Positions 38,401 to 50,661 of a DNA stretch of 64,000 nucleotides are shown in pieces. A program made the translations under genes and the position numbers. The stretch comes from Patellaria atrata CBS 101060 (Eukaryota). Every line of letters begins with the position of its first letter. Position 1 is the first letter of the stretch. The stretch covers positions 310,001-374,000 of the forward strand of contig MU006104.1 of assembly GCA_010093705.1 (NCBI GenBank), written 5' to 3'. The notes under the pieces are model-generated. The model was given only the letters and a program-made list of their open reading frames with translations, was not told the origin of the DNA and did not search any database.

Positions 38401-40164
38401 AGGAACTGTTCTCTTCGCTTGTATGGTCCAGATACCTTTAAGTGAAGGAAATTTAGATTCCTGGAGTATCCGTGATTCAATCTCTTGTTTTAGAACCACG
38501 ACACTGCCAGCGTTACCCGATCCTGTTGAAGCAATAAGTTCTAAAGTTGTTTCTGGTGGTCTAGTCTTCGTGTTATCGGAACTATTCCTCGAACTCGTGG
38601 GTTTACCTAAGGTGATGTCTTTCAGGGGGGCTAGATTCAACAATCTATCGTGCACTCTAAAAGTGTAACTACCCGGGACAGATGCTTCTGTTCGCGATGA
38701 TGATTGTTTAGAAGGTTGAACTGCCGTTGCGTAAAGATCGTCGTCATCATCATCTTCCAGATCATCTTCATCAAATGATAGGTCAGGGTCCTCAGCAAGC
38801 AGCTCAGCATGAGATCGTTTTCTGGTAATTTGGGCAGTCTTTTTAGTCCAGCCCAAGATTACCGAATCACCATCCTCACTACCAACGAACATCTTGCTTC
38901 GTCCGAGAGTTGTAGTACATGAAGCAGCAGCTTGTAAGACTTGTCCACCTTTGTCTTCAGATATCCTCTCAAGTGCAAGTCCTGATACAGATCGTCCATC
39001 AAGTTTGAAACTGAGCATTAGAAAACTACCGGTGTGTTCGATGATTAGCAGATCGCCCGTTTCCGATGATATTTGTTCTATCACGCATCCTTCTAGCCGG
39101 AGTCCAAGATCAGATTGATCAGACATAGGGAATGATGAAGATTGTTTGGCGAAGTGGTTAACAGACACCGCGTTGGATTTGCCCGCTTGATCAACGTGAA
39201 TGAGCTCATTGCTTCCGACAAGTAGAGCCCCTCCTACCGGTAATGGTAGGGGTAAGACTCTAAATATGTCATATGGAAGACCAGACACTGACAATAGGGT
39301 CGTTGATGCACGTTGTTCAATGTCTAACGTAAACACTGTATAGCTCAAGGGGTCTTTCCGCTCCGCGAGTAGTGAGACCCCAGGAGCTCTTGGTGCAGAA
39401 ATAATACCAAAAGTAGGTTCTCGATACTCGTATAGAAAAGAAAGGTGTATTGGGTGATTCAAGGCGGGATCCAAGGCAGTCAGGGGTAGCACAAAGGAGG
39501 CTGAGTAGGGAGTCTGATTTCTCTCGGAATCGCCATTGGTAAGTTTAGCTTTTACTGGAGATATATCCATTGGGTCATCGATGTCTGGGTCATAGTCATC
39601 CTCCACCAGATCATCTCCCATCTGACGAAAAGGCAGGATTGCAAGATGACGCGCACCAAACTTCAAGGCGGCACACCTACTGCTCGGATCTACTGAGAGA
39701 TAATTGTGATAGTGGCTCAAATCAGTTGCCCAAGGTGCAACCTGAAGCTCGTCCCCCTCATAGTAATGTACTGAGATCGTTGAGATGCTGTAATTTTCTG
39801 GGTCCCATTCCACCAAGCTCAGCTTTGCATCTCTAAAAGCTACAAGTAAAGCCTCTCCACCCGATTTGACGTTCTGAGCTTTGACTCGTCCCAACGATGT
39901 TACTGTTCCTGATAATGTATATTCACTGACTAACACGAGCTTTGTCGTCTGCTCGGTACGCTGCAAAGGGATATCGTTCCACACATATTCTCCATCGGCA
40001 CCATTGGCCGCGGATTCGACCTCCGTGGAGACAGCTCTTAGTTCGAATACTTGTAGTAGTGACGCTCGTGCAACTACAAGATTAAGAGCCTTAGCGTGAA
40101 GGAAAGGGAGGCTGACTGCATGAGTGACTGCTGTTGGAGGAGATAACTCAGTATAACACTGCAT
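35451..40164 (-). CDS. CFT1: Cleavage and polyadenylation factor subunit Cft1 (CPSF160), multi-exon
   Basis: [73 protein letters not shown]...GIVDG at the C-terminus. ORFs are linked by GT-AG introns. Confidence 0.96.
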
Positions 40165-40622
40165 TGGACCGTTTCGAGCTCATACCCTGAGCTTAGCACC
40201 TGGTCACATTCACAGTTAAAACTGGTTTTAGCTGTATAATATTGTCGATGTGGACGGGAGTGTATGAAAACTAGAAAGATACTTCGAAATATTTGACGTC
40301 GCGCGAGGTCGCGTTACCATACGCTCTGTAGAATGGAAGCTCCAGTTCTCTTGGCATGTTTGTCTCAGTTGTTTCCATCTCGCGCTAGCTTGAGCTCACG
40401 TAACTATCGTCATCATCACGATCTGTTGCATCCTGTTTCATGCTGTCACCTAAACTTCTATAACTCGTGTAGGAAACTTTACACTTCGGCAGAAGATATA
40501 TTTAAATATAGAGCTCCGCGAACGGCGTAAGATCAAGCTGTAACACCAAAATTCTACACTACTAACACAATTTAGACATCCTAATAGGATTGTTGTTTAC
40601 AACCCCTCCCACCTTAAGACCT

Positions 40623-42516
40623 ATGGCTCTCATACAGACAAGCTTGATATGGGTTGCCTATGCTATCGCCATTTTCATACTCCTTGCCATCTCCTCCGTC
40701 TTTGTCTTCATATATCAAACTCCTCGTGATCGAGCAGCATCAGTGACCACAGTATGCATATTTACAATGAGCGCGTTGCTCGCGACTGTCCTACTATTGC
40801 CGGTAGACGTAGCTCTCGTCTCCTCTACCACATCTTCTAAATGGGGCATTAAGAAGGACTGGGCCACACCAGATCGGGTTGACCATATATTATTTACGCT
40901 CAAGATTGTATACTACACGCTATTCTCACTTGACGCCCTCCTCTGCCTACTTGTGGCACCCTTCACCTACTTCTGGTACGAAGAATACGACGATGCTGCT
41001 GCCGAAGACGGGACGCAAACTGTAGCTGGGAGGTTCTGGGGTGCATTCAAGTATACTGTAGTATTCATCGTGCTCATCTTGATTCTCTTTCTCGTTGGGT
41101 TCTTCGTACCAGCTGCGAAGAATTTGAAGCATAGTCCGCATCGTGATCTTCATTACTTCAAGGATCTGCTGACTGAGAATCGTACGGAACCTTTATATCC
41201 ACAATCTTCTACTCAACAAATGCTAATATCGTCTCACAGATGGTGAACGCGCTCTTACATTTGCACTCGGCCTGCTCATTACCGTCGGGACAATTGTCTA
41301 CGTAATCTATACGGCGTCTGGTCTTGCACTGCTCCCTGTAGCTATGATAAAGTCTGCTCCCTCTATATCAGCACCTACCCTAGTCGAGAATACTTCGGCG
41401 CAGCTCGAACAGAACCGCGAACGCCAACGACAACTGGAGGGCCGTAATGAAGGTCGCGATGGCGGGTTAGATTCTCGGGACCGGCGTGAACTAGAGTCTT
41501 TGGTACGGGAAGAACGTACTCTGATTCGACGCGAACGTCTGGCGGCCGAGGCTTCTGGCGAGGAAAGAGGCTGGCTCATCAAGTCATGGATCAAGATGGA
41601 GGCGGTATTTCGACCCTTGAAGCTTCTAGGTGGATATATACTTATGATACTGGTCCTTTTTATCTGGGTAAGTATGTTGATAACTAGTATCGACAAAGCC
41701 AAGAACTCTGTATGCAAGGCTAGCTGCGGATATTTACTGGGCCATATCAACATTTTTCAACCGGTCAATTACATCTTCGTCAAATCGGCCAAAGTCTTCC
41801 CAATTGACTATGTCATATTTCTGCTACTGGTTCTATTCTTTTTCTGCGCTTCAGTTGTGGGTATAGCGACGGTTGGGATTAGGTTCCTCTGGGTCATGAT
41901 TTTCCGAATTCGCAGACGTCACACAAGCCCGCAGGCCCTCCTCCTTGCTACCGTACTGCTAACGTTGATCGTCCTCGCGATCAATTACTCGGTAGCCATG
42001 GTAGTTGCTCCTCAGTACGCGACATTTGGACCTCAGACATATTGTGATCGTTCACCTAAGCATCCCGGAGAGTCACCAGATTGTTCCAACCATAAGAACG
42101 CCATAAAGTCTTGCACTGAGCTCGCGGAGAATCCGGTAGCTAGGGAGATTTGCACTCCGAGTGTGATCAGTACATTTATCAACCGAGTAACTGTAAATTT
42201 TCCATTTTTCGGAGTGGTCGCATTTTGGGCACAGTTCGCATTTCTGGGTAAGTTTTTTGTTTCCGGATGGGTAATCCATGCTAATATACAAAACCCAGCT
42301 GTCTATCTTGCTGTCTTCATCACAACCCTTTTCCGGACCCCGAAACTCAGCACTGATGAGACAGACGCCGACCTAGAAGAAGAAGAGGAAGAGGGTTTGC
42401 TGGCCAGTACAGGGCGCAGGTTCAACGCAACGTGGCAAGACATCACCGGCCGCGCAAAGACACAAGGAACAAGCAGATATGGTACGACGAATGGCGCAGG
42501 AAGCGGAAGGGAGTAA
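40623..42516 (+). CDS. LMBR1-family membrane protein (fungal 'probable lysosomal cobalamin transporter' type), 2 introns
   Basis: [76 protein letters not shown]. Confidence 0.9.
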
Positions 42517-43970
42517 TGGATGATGAGCGATCCATTGGTGTACCGAGAACATGGAAGATTGAACGGTGCAATTCCTATACTATGCTTTTGTTTGCGGAAT
42601 GGGGAGTTCAGCAACTTTGGGAAGCATTAAACGGTCCTATCCTCCCGCGAAGTTGGCGTTTTGGCGTTCGAGTGAAAGGTTAAAAGTATTGTATGTATGA
42701 TGCAAAGAGCGTGGTAACAATTTGCATACAATATTTCCATCTCTGGAAATTATACAATGGGTATAATATCAGTTTAACTACCCGCTACCACCTTTAGGTC
42801 ACCTTTCACCTCACGATTTACGGATCTTACCCCACCTTTTTTTTTTTGGGCGAACACTACTAGAAGCACTGGTGATGTCCTTATCATAACACTGTTGTTA
42901 TTCCCCAGCAGTCGGTTTCCGGGCATCCGCAATCTGCATGTCCTTTGCATTTGACATTTCTCCGCGTGGAAAGCTTGAGTCAAACACAACGAAAAAGACG
43001 ATCTACTGATTTTCATTACTCGTATACATTAGGGAGTTCTACCCGACGTCTGGGACCCCTTGGACCGTTCTTGAATCGTTCCGGTAGAAGAAACGTCCAT
43101 TTGGAACTAGATTATTGGCTCAGGTGAAACTGGTGGTCCCCGTCACTAGAACTAGCCCTACCTTGAATAACTGTTCCGATGCAGGACATGAACTTGAACA
43201 TTCTCCCGGATTTACTGTACCAGTAGAGGAATATAGTAGATATGGAAGAGTTTGCTATCAACTGCAATCTAATTATATACTCTACTAACTGTCGCTATGA
43301 ACTGCGATATGGTAGGCATGAGAGTCAGATATATGAAGACGTCCTTTGAGCATGAGTTTAGTCCAATACGTTCTACTAAAAGAAGCCTCATGATTAGAGG
43401 ATCAAGTTACAAAGTAAGGTTAGGATAACCTTTTCCGTTCGCCTTGTTTACCTAGAACTACCTTATTATTGATGAGCCGCTAGTTTAGACTTGGTATCCC
43501 ATCTCTCGGTTCTGGACTTGGTCGTCTCTACGTCCCGATCAAGTGGATGAACCGCGGCTTACATGCATAACTATGCTACTGGCCAAAAAAATATCGTTGA
43601 CAAGAAAGAGTTGGAAACATGAGGTGGTGAACGGTCTCGGCTTAGAACTAGACTATGACCCGCAAACCTTCAAAGTTATTTGACTGGGAGAAACGATGCC
43701 GAACTACCCCGTATCAAAGCCTCAGGGTTTGCGGAGGAATGGGGAAATGATAGTAGCATACGAGCGGATCCTGCCTTCACGGTATAAAAAGACGGGATGT
43801 TGGAGATCTCATGATCTAGGGTCCTTTACGAATTCCCTTTTCTTTACACATCACCTCGCCTGTCCACGAGAAAAAGATCTTGTTTTTATTTCAAAGTATC
43901 GCCTGACGGTACGATTTGAATTCGGTCTTGACCTAGAACTATAGGGTCACCTCAGTCGTCATCAGTCAAA

Positions 43971-45923
43971 ATGACAGACAGAAACGAAACGATAAACGCG
44001 GCCGAATTTGAGACGCCAGGTCTCATTGAAAAAGTCGATTACAAGCATACCGGACATCATGATCATGTCGCTCAAGAAGCCATCGGCGGTCTCACCCAAA
44101 ATATGCCTCCAGGATACTATCATAGTCCCAGATTCATCGGTACGCTTGTTGTCAGTATCCTCCTAAAGTGTCTCGCCCAAGGACCCAAAGAAGCACATAT
44201 TTAATAGAATATATAGGCAACATGCTTAGCTCAAATATCTGGTTACCTTGGTTGGGTGCTGCCAGCTAACACACTCACACTTATCAACGCGGCTATTGGT
44301 CCATCTCCGAACATCATCTGGGTAGCGATCTCCTGGACTGCAGGCTTCACCGTAGGCTTTACGCTTGTTGGCCGTCTTTCGGATATCTTCGGTCGCCGGT
44401 GGTTTTTCATCGGAGCTTCCGTCCTCGCGGTAATCGGCAATATCATCGGAGCAGCAGCCCAAAACATCAATATGTTAATCGTAAGTTTAAGCTACTGGTA
44501 AATGGACGAGTCTCGCGCTAATTGATGATTCCAGGCTACAAACTGTATCAATGGTCTCGCAGCCGCTGGCCAATTGTCCTTCAATGTCGTCCTTGGTGAA
44601 CTCGTCTCCAATAAAGCTCGTGGACCTTTCAACGCTATCGTCCTTTCTACTTCGATCCCTTTTGCTGTTTTCGGACCACCGGTCGCCCGAGCACTGTACG
44701 AGAACACTGATTTGCAATGGAGGTGGTCTTATATTCTCGGTGTCATCGTGAATGTAATTGCTGTAGTTCTTTACTACTTCTTCTATCATCCACCCACCTA
44801 TGTGAGTACTGCTGCACAACATATTATGGGATATGTCTAACCATCTCACTAGGAAATGTTGCACGTTGGCGGTAAGTCCAAGCTTAGACAATTAAAGAGC
44901 TTAGACTGGATCGGTATCTTCCTCTTCACATCCGGCCTTGTCGTCTTTCTCATCGGCATCAACTGGGGCGGAGGTATCTACCCCTGGAAATCCGCCCACG
45001 TCCTCGGCGCCTTTTTTGCTGGTTTCGCGACCCTCGTCATCTTCTGCTTCTGGGAGAAACACTGCGGCCTCGACTACCCCCTCATCCCCATGGGTGTCTT
45101 CAAGAACATCAAATACGACTCCATCGTAGCATGTGCCTCCATCGGTGCCATCGTCTACTACTCCATGACCGTCATCTGGCCGACCATGATTGGCGCCCTC
45201 TTCACGACCGACATCCAAGAAATCGGCTGGCTCTCCTGCGCTGTCGGCGGCGGCCTCCTCTTCGGGCAAATCATGGGCGGCATCGGCGTGCGCTACATCC
45301 CACGCATGAAGATCCAAATGACCGTCGCCTCGATAATCATGGTCGCCTTCGTCGCCGCGCTCGCCTCCTCAACCGAGCACACCCGCGGCCGCACCGTCGC
45401 CTTCCTCCTCATCGGTACCGCCTCCGCCGGCTACATCGAGAACCTGACCCTGAGCACCATGGCGCTCGTCTGGCCTCCCGAGGATATCGGTCTCGTCGCC
45501 GGCGTCATGGGCGCCATCCGCACCGGCCTCTCCACCATCGCCACCTCAATGTACTCCTCCATCCTCGCCACCGAGCTCGCCAAGAACCTCCCCAAATTTG
45601 TCCCTACCGCGGCAATCGGCGCAGGCCTCTCCGAGTCCGCAGTCCCGGCCCTCATGAGCGGCGTCGCCGTCGGGAACTTCACGCTGGTCCCCGGCTTCAC
45701 GGAGCAGATTGGCCTTGCGGTCGGCGAGGCGACGAAGAGGGCGTACGTGAGCAGTTTTAGAGTCGTGTTTTTGTGCACGCTGCCTTTCGGCGCTATTATT
45801 CTTGTTGCTGCGCTTATCAGTCCGAATGTTGAGGATTATTTGACTGATGATGTTGCGAGGAGGTTGCAGGATCATGGAGGGGAGAAGGGGGTTGTTAGTA
45901 AGCAGATCGAGGAGGCGGAGTGA
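43971..45923 (+). CDS. MFS transporter, TRI12 (fungal trichothecene efflux pump)-like family, 3 introns
   Basis: PPGYYHSPRFIGT; LVGRLSDIFGRRWFFIG; WRWSY; FFYHPPTY; LDWIGIFLFTSGLVVFLIGINWGG...YPWKSAHV; AYVSSFRVVFL. Confidence 0.9.
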
Positions 45924-46190
45924 GGGGGGGAGCAAAAAGGGGGAAGAAGATTTCTGTAAATATTTCGGATTGTATGAATGGGAATTGTTGAGGCAGATCT
46001 CTCGTCATCCCCGTTGCCAAGCGCCCCCTTTCCTACGTAACTAATGTCTAATATCAAAGGTATACCTTAATTCGGGTCCTTGTTATCATTTTACTAGTAG
46101 CGTAATATTCAATTGTGGGCTTATATACTAACTCAGTAAACCCGCTCCCCCAGCCCCTTTATAAATTAGGCATACTTAGTCATCACTATA

Positions 46191-46257
46191 ACGTGCTTCA
46201 CCAGTCAGTGGGCCAGACCAGTCAGTGGGCCAGTCCACCAAGATCAACCCGCGTCTT
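46191..46257 (+). repeat. Left TIR, with an internal direct repeat CCAGTCAGTGGGCCAG x2
   Basis: Reverse complement of 47954-48020. Confidence 0.95.
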
Positions 46258-46271
46258 CAACAAAATCAACA

Positions 46272-47906
46272 ATGCCACTAACACAGAACCTCCAGAAGCT
46301 CCGGCAAGAAGGTAGATTACTTATTGCTACTAAGTCACTTCAAGAAAACAGAATTTCAAGTATCCGGAAGGCCGCCACATTGTACGATGTTCCGAAGTCC
46401 ACACTCCGTCGTCGAGTATACGGGGTAACACCTCAGAGCGCGTCTAACTCGCGAAAACGAAAGCTACAGCTATCTGAAGAGCAGGCACTCGTAGAATGGA
46501 TCCTAGACCTCGACCGACGCGGATTTCCGCCCCATATCATCGACGTACGACGAATGGCAGACCATTTACTCGCCGCGCGGGGCCAGACTCCTCCCACACC
46601 CGTCGGTAAGAACTGGGTATGCCGCTTTATCAACAACCAGCCAGACCTACAGACAAAATGAAATAGGAAGTTCCATTCTCAACGCGCGAAATGCGAAGAT
46701 CGAGACGTATTTCGCGAGTGGTACGAGCGCGTAAATGAGACGCGCCAGAAGTACGGCATCCTAGACGACGATAGCTACAACTTTGACGAGACTGGATTCA
46801 TGATGGGTGTATCTGCGACATCGAAAGTCGTTACAAGCTCCGATACTATAGGCCGAGCAATTCTTATACAACCAGGCGATCGCGAATGGTCGACGGCGAT
46901 TGAGTGCGTTAATGCGACTGGGTGGGCAATCCCGCCCTTCGTCATCCTTCCAGGAAAGCTCCATCAGTCAAGCTGGTATCGGGGCCTACCTAGTGACTGG
47001 ATGCTCGCTGTTAGCGATAATGGCTGGATAACAGATAAACTAGGATTTGAATGGATTAAGCACTTTAATAACTATACAAAGTCTTGTACGAAGGGGGTCT
47101 ACCGTCTACTTATACTTGACGGTCATAGTAGCCACGCGACGCCTGAATTCGACCAATACTGTACGGAAAACAAGATTATTACGCTCTGTATCCCATCGCA
47201 TACGTCACATCGTCTTCAGCCGCTTGACGTAAGCTGCTACTCCCCTCTAAAGGTCGCGTACGGTCACGAGGTTCAAAAGCTCGCCCGTTATGGAGTCCAC
47301 CATGTTAATAAAGAAGACTTCCTAGCAATATATACTAAGGTGCGGCTATCTATCTTTATAGATCAAAATATTAGAAGCGGATTTCTGGCTACTGGCCTAG
47401 TGCCGTACGATCCTGAGCGCGTCATATCGTCACTTCCAATCACGAAGACTCCGACTCCACCAGGCACGGCTAATGGGGAAGCACCTCAAAGGACTTCAGA
47501 ATCGCCATATACTACTATCCAGCTAGAGCAGCAAGCAAAGCTCATACGGGAAATCCTTCGGCGCCAGTCACAGAGCCCTACTAGCCAAGCAATCAATCAA
47601 CTTGTTAAAGGATGCCAGATGGCGATGCATTCCGCTACCATACTTGCAAAGGAGAATTTAGAGCTTCGTACGGAAAATCAACGCCGAAAACAGAAGCAGC
47701 AGCACCGCCGAAGGTACATCGCACATGGAGGAGCTTTACAGGCTCAGCGGGCTCAGCTCATAGCTGAGGAGTTGGAAAATAGGGAGCAGGAGGCCGACCA
47801 GAGCTGGGCTGGTCAGACGCGACAGCGAGCACCACCAACGTGCTCTAACTGCCATAACCAAGGCCACACAAGGCGTCAATGTACTAGTATCTTAAGTAGC
47901 TCTTAA
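46272..47906 (+). pseudogene. Pogo/Fot1 transposase (psq HTH, CENP-B HTH, DDE_1, CCHC knuckle) with one premature stop
   Basis: SIRKAATLYDVPKSTL; EEQALVEWILDLDRRGFP; VGKNW; YNFDETG; LILDGHSSH; LQPLDV; CSNCHNQGHTRRQC. In-frame TGA at 46659-46661, after which the same frame continues open. Confidence 0.93.
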
Positions 47907-47953
47907 GCATAATTTTATTCGAATATATTTCGTTGTAGTGGAGTAATCGTGCA

Positions 47954-48020
47954 AAGACGCGGGTTGATCTTGGTGGGGTGGCCCACTGACTGGTCTGGCC
48001 CACTGACTAGTGAAGCACGT
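47954..48020 (-). repeat. Right TIR
   Basis: Matches the left TIR with 3 mismatches. Confidence 0.95.
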
Positions 48021-48225
48021 TAAGCGTAAGCGTCTCCTTCTGTACGACTCCTGTACAACGGTTCTAGAAAAAAGATCACAATAACATGTTCTGAGTGATA
48101 TAAAAAAATTTCGCTAGTAGCGACTACATATTTACCACACATGACTTTCTAATGGTAAGCTAAAAACCTTCCGAGTATCACAATCACCTTTCACCATACC
48201 ACCCCCCCAACCTCCCCCCCCATAT

Positions 48226-49923
48226 CTAAGCCTGACTACTATACAAAAGCGTCTCCTCCAACCGCCCAGGAAGGAACGAAACCCGGCTCTCCACCCCCGG
48301 AAAGTCATCCATCCAATTCCTCGCCACTGGAAAGCTATCTTCAGACCCCTGCCCCACGAAAGCCGGATGATTTCTCCAGGAGTCCAAATCAGGCAGACCG
48401 AGACGCGTCCAAATCTCCACGAGCGCACGCACGAGCCGTTCCCGCTGTGCCGGGCCATGCGAAGCCGTCGGGCTGATCCTCAACCTCTCCTCGCCGGGCA
48501 GCACACTCGGCTTATTGATCGGCTGGACGTAGATATCGTACTCGTCGAAGAGGATGTCAGCGGCCTGCTTGCACAGCGCGGAAGACCCAACCATCAGGGG
48601 CACGATGTGGCTCGTATTCGGCAGGACGGGCAAACCAGCTTCCCGCAGCGCGGCTTTGACGGCGCGAACGTTGCGGTGGAGCTGGATGCGGGTGCTGGGG
48701 TTGGAGGACTGGTGGTCGATTGCTGCTTTGGCGCCGGCCATGATGGGGGGAGGTTGGGCGGTTGTGAAGATGAAGCCCGGAGAGAGGGAGCGGATTGTGT
48801 CGCAGAGGGCGGTGGAGGCGGCGATGTAGCCGCCCATTGTGCCGAAGCCTTTACCGAGCGCGCCGGCGATTATGTCGAGGCGGGACGTGAGGGGGGTTTT
48901 CCCGGGGGAATTGGTGAAGATGTTACTGTTGTCGAGGTGAGAAGCGACGCCTGCACCTTTCGGGCCGTATAGTCCCACGGCATGGACTTCGTCGATGTAT
49001 GTCATGGCTCCGTATTTGTCTGCGAGGTCGCAAATTGCTTCGATGGGCGCAACTGTACCGCACATGGAATAGACCGACTCGAAGACGATGATTTTTGGCT
49101 GGTTCTTGGGAATGGAAGCAAGTTTGAGCTCTAAGTCGACTACATCATTGTGGCGCCATATCATCTTTTTAGAGCCCGATCTTCGCATTCCCTCGATGAT
49201 AGATGCATGATTACTCTCGTCTGAGAGAAAGACGCAATCGGGAAGTTGTCGTCCCAACACCGAGAGAGTACAGTCGTTGGCAGTGTAGCCTGAGTTGAAG
49301 TAGAGTGCAGCAGGTTTGGAGTGGAGGTGTGCAAGAGTTTGTTCGAGGGCCAAGGCAAATTGATTGTGGCCGCTGATGTTTCGAGATCCACCAGAGCAGG
49401 CGCCGTATTTCTGTAAAGCAGCAGTCATACTTTCGATAACTTTCGAGTTGCTACCCATGCCAAGCTATGACAAAGAATCAGCTTAGGTCAGTATTAGTAG
49501 ATGCTCCAGGCTTACATAGTCATTCGTACACCAAACATCCACTTTCTTCTCCTCAGCATCCGAATGTGCAAACGGGAAGTCTTTAGCCAAACGATTGATA
49601 TTGCGGAAGTATCGATAAGATCTATCGTCTTTCTTCTGTTGTATAATGGACTCAAAGAGCTTGTTGTAATTGTACTGTGCCAATCCATTTTCATGACTCT
49701 GTTCGACTGGCCCAGGTGGAGTAGCGATCTTGAAAGTATGGGGATTTGCTGTGGCTTAATATGGATACATATGTCAGTGAAAGCTTCAGGGATATTCATT
49801 GCGCTGCAACTCACCAAGCTCCCGCTTCTGCCGTTCTAGCATGAACGACGTGATACCACACCCTTTGTGTAGGTAGCTCGTCATCCGTCGACCACCAAGT
49901 TGAAGGCTCACAATTCCCGCCAT
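48226..49923 (-). CDS. Divergent 5-aminolevulinate-synthase-like PLP alpha-oxoamine synthase (HEM1 paralogue), 2 introns
   Basis: [70 protein letters not shown] lysine in [28 protein letters not shown]. First exon from ATG 49923 splices in frame (GTGAGT donor); this start is less certain. Confidence 0.9.
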
Positions 49924-50240
49924 TGTGCTGTTTTATAGCTCTTGTTAACGGTGATCAAAGTTCCACAAGACTCGGCAAAGAACGGAAAGGCTGATAGAAT
50001 TGAAACCTTGATAGATAGGAAAGAGACTTCTCGAGCAGCCCCTATTCTCCCCAGTATACATGTACCTTATATACTACAGTGACGTAGGACAACATGGTAC
50101 ACTTTGTATAAGCAATTCTTTCTCTTCTCACCGTGAGTAGTCTCGCACTCAGCACGTGTTGCGGTGTGAATACCAAGCTGTTCCACTGTGATGAGTATGC
50201 ATAATCCATCCTGAGGCCCCTTTGGTTTCTCATTCAACCA

Positions 50241-50370
50241 TTAGTAAAGCAAAATAATGAGTACGCCGCGCATGATTATTGTAACACAGCTACTCTAATA
50301 TAGCAAGGCAACACGCCGCGGAGGCAAAGTAGGTAACTGGGCCGAGTTCTAGATGCGCTTATTGTAACAC
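50241..50370. promoter_or_regulatory. Repeated motifs in the shared ALAS-like/MCT divergent promoter
   Basis: TTAGTAA (50241-47), ACGCCGCG x2 (50263-70, 50313-20), TTATTGTAACAC x2 (50276-87, 50359-70). Confidence 0.45.
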
Positions 50371-50661
50371 GACATGAAAAAGTCAATATTATCTTTTCAA
50401 AAAATAAATCTTATTTCCTTTATAGTTCTCGCTTTCGACGAAGTTGAAACCGAAGAAATAGCCTGACACCGACTTTTTTGCGGCACACTAAAATCTTCGG
50501 TCACTCCTCCCTGTGCTGAAAAAATCTAGAATCTTTCAGTACTACGTTCAGCTAAATTGGGCCACTTACGCATCTCATTATATGTCTTTACTGCTCAAAA
50601 ACGGAAGCCTTTAAAACTGCATTCGAACTACTTGAAAAACTTTCAGTTACTTAAGTCTACC

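Larger units (their letters stand above)
46191..48020 (+). mobile_element. Fot1/pogo-type (Tc1-mariner superfamily) DNA transposon, 1830 bp, TA target-site duplication
   Basis: 67-bp terminal inverted repeats (46191-46257 and 47954-48020, 3 mismatches) beginning ACGT; TA on both flanks (46189-90, 48021-22); internal transposase. Confidence 0.96.

Noticed and set aside
40623..42516. Cobalamin-transporter homologue in an ascomycete
   Set aside because: The family is widespread in filamentous ascomycetes; nothing unusual here.
48226..49923. Possible bacterial HGT origin of the ALAS-like gene
   Set aside because: It has spliceosomal introns and fungal Hem1-type signatures (RSYRYF.NINRLA, ISGHN, SMCG), so duplication is more parsimonious.
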